A stretch of DNA of 63,932 nt, counting the filler, from Rhabdomonas costata (lineage: Eukaryota): assembly GCA_019059605.1 (NCBI GenBank). It is 43 parts of 43 records of this genome, joined end to end, with 100 filler letters (N's around TTAATTAATTAA, not from the genome) between each part and the next. Parts side by side here need not be neighbours in the genome. Positions count along the whole stretch, not along the records: positions 25,338 to 26,716 come from JAHMHO010017388.1; positions 26,817 to 28,205 come from JAHMHO010017389.1; positions 28,306 to 29,693 come from JAHMHO010017390.1; positions 29,794 to 31,182 come from JAHMHO010017391.1; positions 31,283 to 32,672 come from JAHMHO010017392.1; positions 32,773 to 34,161 come from JAHMHO010017393.1; positions 34,262 to 35,650 come from JAHMHO010017394.1; positions 35,751 to 37,139 come from JAHMHO010017395.1; 35 more parts are not named here. One strand, 5' to 3'. Both the position numbers and the translations under genes were made by a program. Shown piece after piece: positions 26,335 to 38,628 of the stretch; position 1 is the first letter of the stretch; each line of letters opens with the position of its first letter. Below the pieces are notes generated by a model. It was given only the letters and a program-made list of their open reading frames with translations. It was not told the DNA's origin and did not search any database.

Positions 26335-26851
26335 CTGTAAATGAGTGAGTGAGTGAGTGAGTGAATGAAAAAGCCTAAGGTCGGGCGGTGTCCCAGTGGT
26401 TGTATGGTTGTATGTGTGTTCTTGAGAGTCCGGATTTTCCCCATGGCGGTCTCTTGGTCGTCTTTCCCCACTTTGCCATGGTGGCTGTACATATTTAGTA
26501 TATGGTGGGGACCCGGACCGCTGCGTGCATCGCGTGCGTGCGGCGGTCTGACCGAACTTCTTTTGAGGCGAAATGGGGGCGAAATCTCCCCTCGCCCTGC
26601 TCAACCTGGCTTATATGGCAGTACTCCTGGAGCAACACAAGGCTCCCCAGGGATCAAGGGCACCTCCAATTATTCATACTTCCATCAGAGCACCCTCCCC
26701 TCTCTCACAAAAAACANNNNNNNNNNNNNNNNNNNNNNNNNNNNNNNNNNNNNNNNNNNNTTAATTAATTAANNNNNNNNNNNNNNNNNNNNNNNNNNNN
26801 NNNNNNNNNNNNNNNNGGGGTTTGGGGGTCAGCTCACGCAAGTCGGCGCAC

Positions 26852-27049
26852 CTGCTGCTGCGGAGACATCGACGCCAGGCTCGCGACCTGGGCGGGGTTC
26901 TGCTGGGGCATCATCATCCCTGGCATCCCGCCGAAGGCGAGCCCCTGCAAGGCCCCAGCCGGAGCCTGCCCCGGGCCGACGCCAGGCCCACCCGGCCTGG
27001 GCGCCCCATGCTGGTAGTGCTGGTGCAGGGGGCTAGGGGACGGGGAAAC
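26852..27049 (-). CDS. Pro/Gly/Gln-rich internal exon, unknown protein
   Basis: CTCAG| acceptor, CAG|GTGCGC donor, 66 open codons, high GC. Confidence 0.5.
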
Positions 27050-27450
27050 CTGAGGCAAATGAAGAAGGCCGTTTCCGCCAATTGGGTTACGTCCGAAAGT
27101 GCAAACACAAAAAAAAACTGAAGAAAATCACATGATAAGCGTAAGTTGTTGTGCGACAATTCGACAAAGTCTTTCTTGCCCTTTCGTGCCCTTTTGGTTC
27201 GGGTGATTGGAACAAAGTTTTGTGCAAGTTTTATATGTTTGTGCGTGAAATAAAAGTGAAAAGAAAATGCGTGAGACCTGTTGCAATCTTAACGGGAACA
27301 ATTGGTTGGTAATGGGTCAGAAAGTTGCGCAAAGAGAAACTGCAGCACCTCTCGACCCTCAACTCTCAACCGTTGCAGTACTATGTTTTCACTAAAGTGA
27401 GAGAGAGAGAGAGAGCGGTTGCCCCTGGTAGTTTTTCGATTGCTTTTCAG

Positions 27451-27771
27451 AGCACATCGACCCCATTGAGAGAACCATCATGGAGCTGAGCGAGGGGCTT
27501 ACGGAGCTTCAAGATGAGCAGAAGTACTTGCGAAGTGTGGAGCGGGTTCACCGGGAAAGTATGCCCTTTTGTTTTTGTTTTGCAGTCTCCCGGGGTGACG
27601 AAAGAGGCGGGAGGTTGTTTCGGCATGTTATTTTTTTGTTTTACAGCCATTGACACCACCAACGTGCGGATGCTGTACTGGTCAGTGTTTGAAGTGTTTG
27701 TGCTGGTGACAATGGGCTTCTTCCAGATCGTTTACATGAAGAGGTTTCTGGAGGTCAAGAACAGTGTTTGA
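27451..27771 (+). CDS. p24/emp24/gp25L cargo receptor (beta/TMED2-like), last two exons (27451-27558 and 27647-27771)
   Basis: HIDPIERTIMELSEGLTELQDEQKYLRSVERVHRETIDTTNVRMLYWSVFEVFVLVTMGFFQIVYMKRFLEVKNSV* shows the coiled coil, TM helix and KRF.EV tail. Confidence 0.92.
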
Positions 27772-28311
27772 GGAGAGCATTTGGAGGAGTCAGTGCTGCC
27801 GCTGTTGCAGTGGTGACCCCTTGCAGCTCGTGGACATGGCGTGTACGTGTAGATTTCGCCGTGGCTTTCTTTTTCTTGTTTCGCGGCTCTTCAGCTGCAT
27901 GCAAAGCACTTACTGCTGCGAAACAACTGCGCTGGATATATACATGGGGATATACTGCATATACATGGGGAACAGATACCCCGCGCTGGATACATTACAT
28001 TTCTATAAACACAGCAACCCCCAAAAGATGAATAAACGAAGGACAAGGTAAAGAAAGTAATCACTCAACTTCTGCTCAAGTGACGTCCAGACTCCAGCAG
28101 AACGCCAAAAGGAGAAGGCAGCATACTTGGACAGGGAGATGTCACCAAAAAAGATGCCTGAAATCTGAGCGTGGGGAAACGGGGGGTGAAACAAAACAAC
28201 ACCCCNNNNNNNNNNNNNNNNNNNNNNNNNNNNNNNNNNNNNNNNNNNNTTAATTAATTAANNNNNNNNNNNNNNNNNNNNNNNNNNNNNNNNNNNNNNN
28301 NNNNNTGTGGT

Positions 28312-28460
28312 GTGTGCGTGTTGAATTTTTTTCGTTCGGATTGTGTCTGCGATCCTTTCGCTTCACACAAGGCGAGGTCAAACGCCTAAACAACATGGAT
28401 ATTGCCTGAAGCGAAAGGATCGCAGACACAATCCGAACGAAAAAAATTCAACACGCACAC
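28312..28460. repeat. Contig-terminal inverted repeat (54-bp arms), probable amplification fold-back
   Basis: 28312-28365 is the reverse complement of 28407-28460, starting at the contig head. Confidence 0.9.
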
Positions 28461-29793
28461 GAAGCGGCCAAAAAGACCGCCTTGTAATCCACTTCTCATG
28501 TCTTCTTGAGACCGATAAAATATGTAAAAGAAATAGTTATCGAGGATTGAAAAGGATTGAGGAAAGGAAACGAAAAGAACTATCACTCGACGGGTTTGAG
28601 GATGTCAAAATACAACCGAATCTCCGCCTCTCGCAAAACGTTAGCCTGCAAAAGAGAAAGGACAAAATCCTTTACCATTCCCACGAAACGCATGGCTGAA
28701 CACGGCAACGTGAATGTGAATCGCCGAGGCCCAGTGGATTTTTTGAGTGGCAACAGTGACCAGTGATAACAGAAAATAGGCTAACCAAAGTCGGCCAGGT
28801 AAAACGTACCAGCACCTTCAAAATAACTTTATTTTTGAGTATGGGGGTTAGGTAAACTTTGCCAGTGCCCCCTAGATGGTAGTTTTTGCTTAGCAGCTCA
28901 AAACTACGGTTGGCTAAGGACTTGCCAATGGTTAAGGTATGCCCGGATGAGCATGGCAGCTTCAGTTTTGCGCGAAGTCAGTCCGCCCGCGGCCGGACCG
29001 GGTGGTTGGAGCGGAGTCGTGACCTGTGGGACCTTAACGACTTTTAAAGTATGCTCCCAAAGATAAAACCAGTTTACCAGTGGCAATTGTTGTCCCCCCA
29101 CCCAACTTCCATTGTACCATTGCCGAGGATCAACTCCCACCCTCACTGATTATTAAACACCCACCAGTTTCCCAACACGACGGATCAACGCTGAAGAAGG
29201 GGACCGCCAGTCCTTACCTTGATTTCCAATACTCCCATCACTGATGAATCTTCACGTCCAGCAGAATTAATTGTCCTTGAAATGAGAATAGCCCGAACCT
29301 GAAGAAGACAGCATCACACATCACCAGAAATTCTTTTAAAGGCAAAAACACCAAACTCTAAATCAGAGGATGATAGAGGAACCGAATTTCTCTGGTTCTA
29401 AACTAACGGTTTTCGGTTACGACCCACTGCCCGCTGACGCAAGAAAGCCATTTGTTCACGCTGCCAAAGGGCCAAGTTAACTTGGTAAATGTAGAAAATC
29501 GAAGTGGTGAATGTCGGGGCTTGCTAAAGAAGACTGGTTAAAAAGATTTGTTTGGACTTGCAGAGCTGCCCCTTCGCTGCTGGGATTCGGAGGACAAGCG
29601 GACCGTATTTTTTTGGCTTAGGGACAGTTTGTCTGTTTGTTCGTGTCGGAGAATTCCCGATGTAAAAATTGCAACCTCTCAACAAAAAACACCNNNNNNN
29701 NNNNNNNNNNNNNNNNNNNNNNNNNNNNNNNNNNNNNTTAATTAATTAANNNNNNNNNNNNNNNNNNNNNNNNNNNNNNNNNNNNNNNNNNNN

Positions 29794-31100
29794 GTGTGGG
29801 GTGGGCAGAGGTTTTGGAAGGGTGTGCCTTGGCCTTGGCCACTGTGGGGCGCTTCTTCTTCTTGCGTGCAGGTGCAGGGTGCTGGTCCGGGGCAAGCGAC
29901 GCAACAGGAGTGCGGGGAGATGCAGGAGGAGGTGAGGCAGCCAAGGCGAGAGGTGAGGAGATGATGTTGGAAAGGGGAGAGGGAGGGTTGATCGAAGGAA
30001 GCTGCTGGGGCGTGGCAAAGGCCGTCTTGCGAGCTTCCTGGCGAACCTGTTCCGGGGAGTTTGGGGGGTCATGACATAAGGTGACATTTCGGTACCTTTT
30101 GCTTGAACACACAAACGTTGTATTTGTCAACCCCAAAAATTTTTTGGTGACGTTAAACTCCCATCACAAAGGGGTACCGACCTGAATGGGGGTGAACCAC
30201 TCGCCCAGAGACTGGGGCGACGCGGAGAAGCTCTGGAACATTTCTTGGAACACGGTACGCCGCTCCTTAGTCGCACAGCTGGAGCGCCAGGTCTCGAAAA
30301 AGATGACCACATCGCGATCTGCACCCCCGCGCAACTAAAATGTAAGCAAAAGCAGACTTCAATAACATCGTGCAGCCGCTTCAAAAAAAACTTCGGTAAA
30401 AAAGAATTCCCCTTGCTCGAGAAAAATGAATGCCGGTGACTAGGTGACTAGGACCGATGACAGAAGACAACGTCAGCACCCACCGTATGTTGGCCTTGTT
30501 TCCAGTGGGAAGGCCGGGGCCAGGCTGCTCTTCAATGCTTCGTTAAGCCTAGACAAAATTGCGGCCTCCACGCGCTTCTGCTGAACCTGAAAAAAGGTGA
30601 ATACTCAATTGACGAACAAAACAAAAAACAGGAGATGCATCAAGCAGCAAGCGCACACCGCCTCTTGTTCAAGCACCCGCCGAAGCACTGAGACAAGGCG
30701 GCCAACCGATGTGATCCGAACGCAGAGGTCAAAGTGTTCGCAGCCATGCTGAGCACCCTACAGAGAAGCCACAGTCACACATTGACCTGGCTTACGCCTC
30801 CCTTCCTCGTGGAGAAGAAACAAAGCAAAAGAAAATTGTAAAAGACCTTACTGTTGTTGGCAACAATACAGGCTACAATAAATCTGAGCACACAAACGTG
30901 CCAGCTGGAAAGAAAAAGCAGCCTATCAGAGGCAAAACAAACCTCAGGACACCCCTGGAAACAATCACTACGAAAATCGGGGAGGTGAAGCACACCAGAT
31001 GTTTCATGAAAGCGTCCAAGCTGATGTCGCCTTTGGGAGCTACCTCCTTGCGGTAGAAGTGCAGAGCGTACATGACGTCCAGTGCGGTAATTTTAATCGG
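29794..31100 (-). CDS. Multi-exon gene of unknown function (about 5 exons; boundaries approximate)
   Basis: Successive AG/GT-bounded open segments: ITALDVMYALHFYRKEV..., GAQHGCEHFDLCVRITSVGRLV..., VQQKRVEAAILSRL..., DRDVVIFFETWRSSC...EWFTPIQ, VRQEARKTAF...RKKKKR. Confidence 0.6.
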
Positions 31101-31283
31101 CTCCCGAAGTCCAGGAGAGGGCAGAAAGCACTTGCGAATCTGGAACCCCAGAAAAAAACTATACACCAAAACCCACCCACACNNNNNNNNNNNNNNNNNN
31201 NNNNNNNNNNNNNNNNNNNNNNNNNNTTAATTAATTAANNNNNNNNNNNNNNNNNNNNNNNNNNNNNNNNNNNNNNNNNNNNG

Positions 31284-31936
31284 GAGTCCATCCCCAGCAA
31301 ATTCCGGCCCTTGCCCGACCGTGTCAACATTGTTGTTTCGGCTACCCTCAAGGAGGCTGACGTCGGTTTACCACCTCCCACGCTCGTTTCGGCCCACTTT
31401 GTTGCTCTATAGCAGATTGTTCAGGGAATGATTTTCCATCTTTTGCGCGTTCCCTCCCGCTGGTTGTTTTTATCGCGAATAACAATTTTATCATTTACTC
31501 CTTTCCTGTACCATTTTGTAAAGAGGATGAAATACCACGTGTTCGGAACATGTGAAAGACCTGAAAATATAGGACGCGAAGTGGCTGGTGTCGGACAATG
31601 GAATCACAACAGCGAGAAATGGAGGTATTCTTAAAATAACAAAAAGAGGAGAATCCAAAGAGAGAGTGTGCAGGTTTTTTGTTTCGGCTGACGTGCTTCC
31701 CCCATTGCTCTATGTTTCGCCTCGCGTGCGTGCTGAAGTTAGACGAAAGAGCGATCACCACGGAAAAAGGAGAGTCGCTTCGAATTGTGGTCACCTCCTG
31801 GCCTCGTAGCGGCGGGGCGATGCACCTTTTTTTTGCCTGCCAGGTGGGGCTCACGTGTGTCCGTCGCTAGAGGCTGCTCTGCAGCTGACAGCGATGGCGG
31901 AGCACAGCTCGGTTATTGAGACTGTCTTCATAATCG
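31284..31936 (+). CDS. DHFR: Dihydrofolate reductase domain fragment, possibly DHFR-TS (exons 31284-31365 and 31844-31936)
   Basis: ESIPSKFRPLPDRVNIVVS and SLEAALQL...IETVFIIG are DHFR signature blocks; phase-1 GT-AG join. The first exon is absent from the ORF track. Confidence 0.92.
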
Positions 31937-32551
31937 GTGCGCACCTTCATTTGGTGTTTCATCAGGTTTCGAATCTTGTCTTTCGTTCATGTTTGACAGA
32001 TTTGTGTGGCATTGGCAGCCTGAACCATTTCCTCTTTCTGGTTTCATTTGGTTTTTTCTTTTGGTCGAACTGTCGTGGTTCCCTTTCACCGATGGGTTCG
32101 GTTTTTCCATGTCTTTGTGTATTTGTGTTTACGTGTGTGTGTGTGTGTGCGAGTGGCAGCGAGGAGCGGAAAGCCGGCGGTGGGACAGGAGCAGCCCGGA
32201 TCCGCACAAGAGAAGGGGAGAATGGCAGCGAGAAGCGGGAGACCAGAGAGGGAGTGAGGAAGCAATACGGAGGGCCCACAAGGCACGAAGGGACGGGCAA
32301 GTCGAGAGTGGAGAGAAGCGAGGTCCAGATGGCAGCAGAGTTAGGTTACCATGCCCGTCCACCAGGAAAGCGGGTCTAAGCCCGGAGTGGGATGGAGGAC
32401 CCAAACCCACAAGGGCAATAGCGCCCAAAGGGAAGTGTACTAGCGCGGAAGGTTGGGTACCCACAAAGAGATCTCTAAACGCGCCAATCGGGGTTCCCAA
32501 GGCCCCGCGTACACTGTGGATCGGGGGTCACATGGGGTAAACCAACCCTAC

Positions 32552-32666
32552 GTGACAAGACAGCGGGACAAGGTACCATGGGCTGACAAGGGTGTGAGGC
32601 CCGATGGGCCCATGCCCCATCGAAAGGTGGGAGCCCAGGGGGGAAGTGGACCTCGAGTCCTCCCCA
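32552..32666 (+). repeat. Interspersed repeat family C, copy 1 (in the intron after the DHFR exon)
   Basis: 115 bp matching the reverse complement of 32809-32923 with one mismatch; followed by an A-run. Confidence 0.92.
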
Positions 32667-32808
32667 AAAAAANNNNNNNNNNNNNNNNNNNNNNNNNNNN
32701 NNNNNNNNNNNNNNNNTTAATTAATTAANNNNNNNNNNNNNNNNNNNNNNNNNNNNNNNNNNNNNNNNNNNNACACACTTGGTGCACTTGGCAAGGATGA
32801 GTTTTTTG

Positions 32809-32923
32809 TGGGGAGGACTCGAGGTCCACTTCCCCCCTGGGCTCCCACCTTTCGATGGGGCATGGGCCCATCGGGCCTCACACCCTTGTCAGCCCATGGA
32901 ACCTTGTCCCGCTGTCTTGTCAC
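32809..32923 (-). repeat. Interspersed repeat family C, copy 2 (intronic)
   Basis: See copy 1. On the minus strand it is preceded by (GA)n(GT)n and followed by CAAAAAA. Confidence 0.92.
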
Positions 32924-32959
32924 ATATGCAAACACACACACTCTCTCTCTCCTGCACAC

Positions 32960-33589
32960 CGTGATACACTCGGTGACCTCTCTAGGCCCGTTGGGGTTGC
33001 ATGCGCGAACTGTCGCGCAGGGGTAGATCTTCAGGGTGGTGGTGCTGCCCCTCCAGTATCCGGGAAGAACCAGCAGCGTGCTGGTGCCTGTGGCCGTCAA
33101 AAAGGAAAACAAGAGTAACTCATGGTATCGTCATTTGCTTTTGCGTCCACTGGTCCAATGGGGTATTTGCAGTGCAGGACCAGATGCGTGGGAGTTGACC
33201 ATGGAAAAGGGACAAGAGCAGGGGAGAAGGCGTCAGGTCCAACAGTGGACCAATCGGACGTGCTGTGACGAATGGGGTGCGAGAGTCATAAGTGAACCGC
33301 AAAATCGCAAGATCGCCCCACCCCCCACACACACGCTGATTGGTTTTTGACCAAGGAAACAGAACAGGGCGAGGAGGAAAATGGGTAATAGGGCGATCGG
33401 CGGCACCATTACAGATGGGGTTGTTGGGGCAGTTGATGCACTGAGTCGTGCGCGAGACGGCGTACTTCTGGGCCAAGGGGGTGCAGGGCAGGATTCTGAT
33501 TGGCTCCGAAACGACAAAGAGCCCGGGAAAGTTTCCCAGGCTGAAGTTGAGTCGGTAGACTTGGTCGTTGTTCCCCACCAAAACCAACC
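32960..33589 (-). CDS. Cysteine-rich surface/membrane protein fragment (exons 33589-33407 and 33087-32960)
   Basis: IRILPCTP...TQCINCPNNPICNG|TSTLLVLPGYWRGSTTTLKIYPC..VRAC. The C..CP....C.G...PGYWR....I..C...AC pattern occurs in large protist membrane proteins. Phase-1 junctions agree. Confidence 0.7.
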
Positions 33590-34359
33590 CTACACACGAA
33601 GTACAAGAAGCAGCAAGACCATTAAAAAGCCACAGATCAACCGAAGCTAAACGTGGGCGATGATTTGAGACAAATACGTCATCAGATGGCGGGTAAAACC
33701 AGGATAGCGGGAATCTCTGCCGCCCAAACCTCCCAAACGAAACTCAGGCGGGACAAATACAAGTTGCGGTGACACGGGGGTCAGATCCACATCGACGTCA
33801 GTCCTCCTAGGGGCAACGTTTACGCAGCATTTAATGAAGGATACCGGAGAACTCGAAAAGCCCTCCATTCGGGCTGCGAGAGTTCCACTCGCACGACGTC
33901 GAAGTGATGTTGACACAGCTGGCCTTCACGGGGATCGAGAAATACTGGTAGAAAGTCTGCAAAAACAAAAACACATCCAAATCTTACGACGTGATCACTT
34001 TTTCGGAGCCCGCAGTCGATTCAGAGGCGATCCAATACGTGGTTTTCGGAAGTGCGGAAAGGGTACATCAAAGAAGTGAGATAATCCGAGAGCGCCTATG
34101 CCTGACAATCAACTAGCGTGCTCAAGAGAGTGCTCGCAACACACCACAAAACACACCAACANNNNNNNNNNNNNNNNNNNNNNNNNNNNNNNNNNNNNNN
34201 NNNNNTTAATTAATTAANNNNNNNNNNNNNNNNNNNNNNNNNNNNNNNNNNNNNNNNNNNNGGGGTTGGGGGTGTTGATGCTGTTATAGAACATGATGAA
34301 ATAATTGCTAAAGAAGAAGAATACAAAAAAAAGAAAGAAGAAGAAAGAAAGACTGAGTT

Positions 34360-35171
34360 GTGGAGCGGGGCTTTCTAAAGCCGCAAGTTGGGCATGGCGC
34401 GAACGCTGCTGTTGAATATTCCGTGGGTGAACCTGGGATGGGGGTTTTGACGGACAGTGCGTTTGCATTGAAGAAGAAGAAGAAAGTGGAAGTGGTAGCC
34501 CAACTCACGCTGACACAAGAAATCGGCGGAGTATGTTTGCGTAGTGGGGTGAGTAAGCTGTAGGAGGAAGGAAGAGGGTAGGGACACAGATGTATTTATC
34601 ATGTTTAGGGTATTCCAGGGTGTGGTGGAGCGGTGCCCTGAGAGGCACGCCCTGGGCAGCGTACGGTGCTCGCGGGGCGGTCGGGTGGTGTTCGAGGCCC
34701 GCGAGTGGGTGGGCGAGGGCCAACCCTTCTGCGGGCAGGAGGTGACACTCACTCGCTTTATGAGTCGATGTGCCAGAATGTTTGTGCATGCGTTGGGAAA
34801 TGTCTTGGCCCTCTAGTGGTCCCTTGTCTTCTGCGCTTGCGAGCTGCGAAGAATGTGCTCAGACCTGGAGTTGATGTCTGGTGCAGCGCGTTTGCTTTCG
34901 ATAGCCCTGACCTCCATTTATGCACGCGTGTGCTCCATTTTTGTGCTTTCTGGTTTGTGTCATATCGAAGTTTGTTATTGCTTTGTTCGGATTTATTCTC
35001 CATTGGTAATGAAAGTTGGATTGGGTTGGGTTGGCGAAGAGACAGAAAAGCGGTCATATTCGCACCTTTATTTATCATATGCGCAACGTGCCTTCTGTGT
35101 TCCTCTTTTTACAGGTGTGGTTCAACTCCGTTCGCTCACCAATGGGCTACGCAGCTGTGAACGTGCGGCCG
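34360..35171 (+). CDS. Cold-shock/OB-fold-like domain protein fragment (exons about 34360-34530, 34619-34741, 35115-35171)
   Basis: Phase-0 splicing gives GVVERCPERHALGSVRCSRGGRVVFEAREWVGEGQPFCGQE|VWFNSVRSPMGYAAVNVRP, matching the CSD layout G.V...G.I...V.F...GQ.V.F...G..A.NV. Confidence 0.45.
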
Positions 35172-38100
35172 GTATGCCTCCCCGCTTGGGGTTGGTTGTA
35201 ATGGCTGGATTGCCTACTTTTAACATGCAGGTGTGGAGCCACCCAGTCATGTGCGTAAGTCTTATCGGTGCCCGTATGTAAAGCTTGCGAAGGTCATTGG
35301 TAGTATTCTTTTCGGGCAGATGTGAGGACCCGTCTCCGTCTTGGGCTTGGAAAAGCCCTCGCATAATGTCTGGAGGAACGGAGACATAAAGGAAGTCAGA
35401 ATGGTGCAAAATGCTTTTGTCCAATGAATATGCAGGTCACGAGATGAATGGGGGGGGTCTCCTAGGCACTGGACTCGCAAAGTCGACCTCACCCTTTCTG
35501 GGACGGCTCTTCCCCAGTCGCCACTACTTCTGACTCTGCGCCAGGGACACCACCAAAGCAGCCCAGCGACAACGGCCCTGCCGGCGGTTCTTGGGACGTT
35601 CGGGTGCAGCAGCAGCAGCAGCAAGAGGAGGAAAAGAGGACACCACACACNNNNNNNNNNNNNNNNNNNNNNNNNNNNNNNNNNNNNNNNNNNNTTAATT
35701 AATTAANNNNNNNNNNNNNNNNNNNNNNNNNNNNNNNNNNNNNNNNNNNNGGGTGGTTGTGAAAATGAAAGGAGTGTGAGAGAGGAAGAAACAAAAAGCG
35801 CTTAAATATATAGAGATGACTTTACCGAGATCTGAAGGGTCTTCATAGAGGCGTTGTAGAGCTCTTCGAAGTCAGTAAAGTCGACGTCAGACATTTCATT
35901 TTCCGGTGAAAAGAAAGCTGAAAAGGAAGCTGTCTTTTGTTGAAGTGAGATCAAAGGCAATGTAACTACGTGAATGCGCGTGAATGCTCTTGAGGCTGTC
36001 CTTTGTGCTCTGGGTATTTTGCAGGTGTGCTTGAAGCAGCGAGCGATGGGTTCTTTCAGAGAGATAAAAGCGACATGGTAACGCGGGGTTTGAACCAGCG
36101 GCGTTCGTATGGAATGGTGCATGCATGCCAACTGAACCAGCGGTCTACGTCTGAAAGGCAGCGATCAGTATCTGAATTGCAAAGAATTGCAAAAAAAAAA
36201 CATGCAAATTGCAAAAAGTGCAAATTGCAAAAACTGGAAAAGTTAGGCGGTTACTTTGGCCTTTATAATTTTGGGTTTTAAATTTAGTACTTGCACTTTT
36301 GGTATTTGGCTTACGTACTAAAACGTGCAAGTAACCGTCGTTGCAGATGCAAATTGGGCGGTTGGGAATTTGCACTTCTGGTGTCAATGGGTTGGTACTC
36401 GGGTCGATTCCGTTTGAAAAAAGACACAAATCCGCGCCTCTAGTGATCCACGCAAGGTCTAGTTGGGAGAGGCGGGGAGGAAGATGGAAGATGATGAGGA
36501 ATTTGTGGTCGGAAGCGTAGGCGCGGCTCTCGGCGGCTCGAGGCTCGGGAACACGTCGTTTTTCTTGCCGCAAGGTGTGGGGGGCCAGTGGTTGTCTCCG
36601 CTGCAGCGGCACGGGTGGGGAGGTTGCTTGGAGGCGCCCCTTTCCTGGGCGCGATTTGTGGTTGTTGGTGCCATTCCTCGCGAAGCAGCTGGAGGGGTGT
36701 TGCTGGGATCCTGCAGAGGTGTCGGAGGTCTCGTGGCATGAGGCACTGGGGTCAGCACGGAGATTTAGGGTTAACTGTACGTCTTGGAATGTTTTGATCT
36801 CCCCTGTAGATTGAGGAAAGGCGGGCGAAAGAGGTTGCCAAGAGGCCTTCAGCTCATAGGATCCCCAGCTTACGAGGAAGTATGTTTTTTTGACACTCTT
36901 GTCATTGATCAGTACCCCAGTTTGGCTTCGGCGATCGACGGTACGATGGCACGTTGAGCTCACGTTAAGTTCTGAAGCGATGTTTGCGACATCGCTTCAG
37001 AACGATCCTATGTTCGGCATAACTTTCGCAGTGACCCTTTTTCTAGGGGACACGGGCAAGGCTTCCTAACCCCCTGCGAGAAGAAATATCTTGTCCTATG
37101 GGACACAGCCAAGGCTTCCTAACTCCCTGCGAGAGAAATNNNNNNNNNNNNNNNNNNNNNNNNNNNNNNNNNNNNNNNNNNNNTTAATTAATTAANNNNN
37201 NNNNNNNNNNNNNNNNNNNNNNNNNNNNNNNNNNNNNNNGGATGTGCTCGCGACCACAGGTGCAGGGGAAGCAGTTTGGGGAGCTGGCGAAGGAGACGCA
37301 GGAGGCGATCCGTGGCGGAGTGCAGGATGCGCTGAAGGAGGCCGGGTTCATTCCGGTTTGTGTGTGCGCGTGTGCATGTCCATATGTGTGGGATTGTTGT
37401 TTGAAAGTCGGACAGTATGACATTTTCCGATTACGCAATGCATGCAGACGCGCAGAAGCCAATGGGACTGTTGGGAAGGGCCCGCAAAAGGAGAAACCGT
37501 GAGTAATACATGTAAATCGGGAGAGGCACATTGGCGCTTTGGGTGCCCACAACAACTGTCCTATGAAGGTAGTTATTGAACGATCAGTCTTTCGTGAGAT
37601 GGGTATGTTTCATGCATTTTGGGTTTTCTATTGTAGGATACTTAGCATTCTGTTGGTAAATTATCATATCGCTGAAAATCGCCCCATATCTGATTTCCAA
37701 GCACGATGAACCTTGAATTGCGCTCCGTTTTATTTGAAATAATTTTTTGTTAATGCTTCTGGCAGACTTCAAAGATCGAGGCGATCTCAGCGAGTCGATT
37801 GCAGATTGATCCAAGTTTGAAAAAGGCGCGGGAAGAGAACCGCGCGGCTCACCTTCGTGGCCGTGCCTCCTCTCAAAGCCTCCAGCGGAGTAGCACGGTT
37901 TGCGCATTGCCTCACTTGGTTTCGTTTTTCTTCTTCCTTATTTTTGTTTGGATAGGGTTGGTTGAGATTAAAACTGGGAGCAATAATGAATAAATGCGGC
38001 TTTCCACCGCAAAGCTTATGCCTGCATAACTGACAGGGGTTTCTGTTTGGTTTTCCCTTTAATTACTTTATCTTGGAGGTGTCCTCCTTTTGAAACTTTA

Positions 38101-38297
38101 CAGAGTCTAACCGGTTAGATATGCAGAGTTGAGGATTTATATGAATGATGATAGACGCCATTGCGTTGCCATACGCTGCCATACTTTACTGGAATCCTTT
38201 TGAAATGGACTGAGAAACTCCATAAGTTTAACTATTCTTGTCTTTGTGTTTTTAGGTGTTTGCGGAAATATCAATGTTTTCTCTCTTTTAGAAGTCA

Positions 38298-38628
38298 GTG
38301 ACGGTGGAAAAGAAGAATCCCTCTTCTTCGAATCAGCCGCAACAGAGCATTGCTGCGGAGGAAAATCACGAGAAAGCGGAAAAGCATGCCGAAAAGAGAG
38401 CCCTGCATCGGGCACGCCGTGAGGAGCTGAAGGCCGCCCACGAGGAAGACCGTGAGGAACAGCGTCAGAAACGAGCGGAGCAGGAAATTGAGCAGCAGGA
38501 AGTGAGGTCTGAAATCCCGAAGGATGTTCGCAATTTTAAGCTGCTAAGTGAAGTTTCTGACGAAGTGCTGAACTCAACTAATCAACCAAATCAGACATCA
38601 TCTGAATCGCTGGAAGTCACCCCCAACC
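38298..38628 (+). CDS. Charged coiled-coil coding segment, unknown protein
   Basis: Open E/K/R-rich frame (EKHAEKRALHRARREELKAAHEEDREEQRQKRAEQE) after a pyrimidine tract and AG. Confidence 0.5.

Noticed and set aside
32552-32923. Large inverted repeat spanning the linker
   Set aside because: The arms lie on different contigs, so their adjacency and relative orientation are arbitrary.
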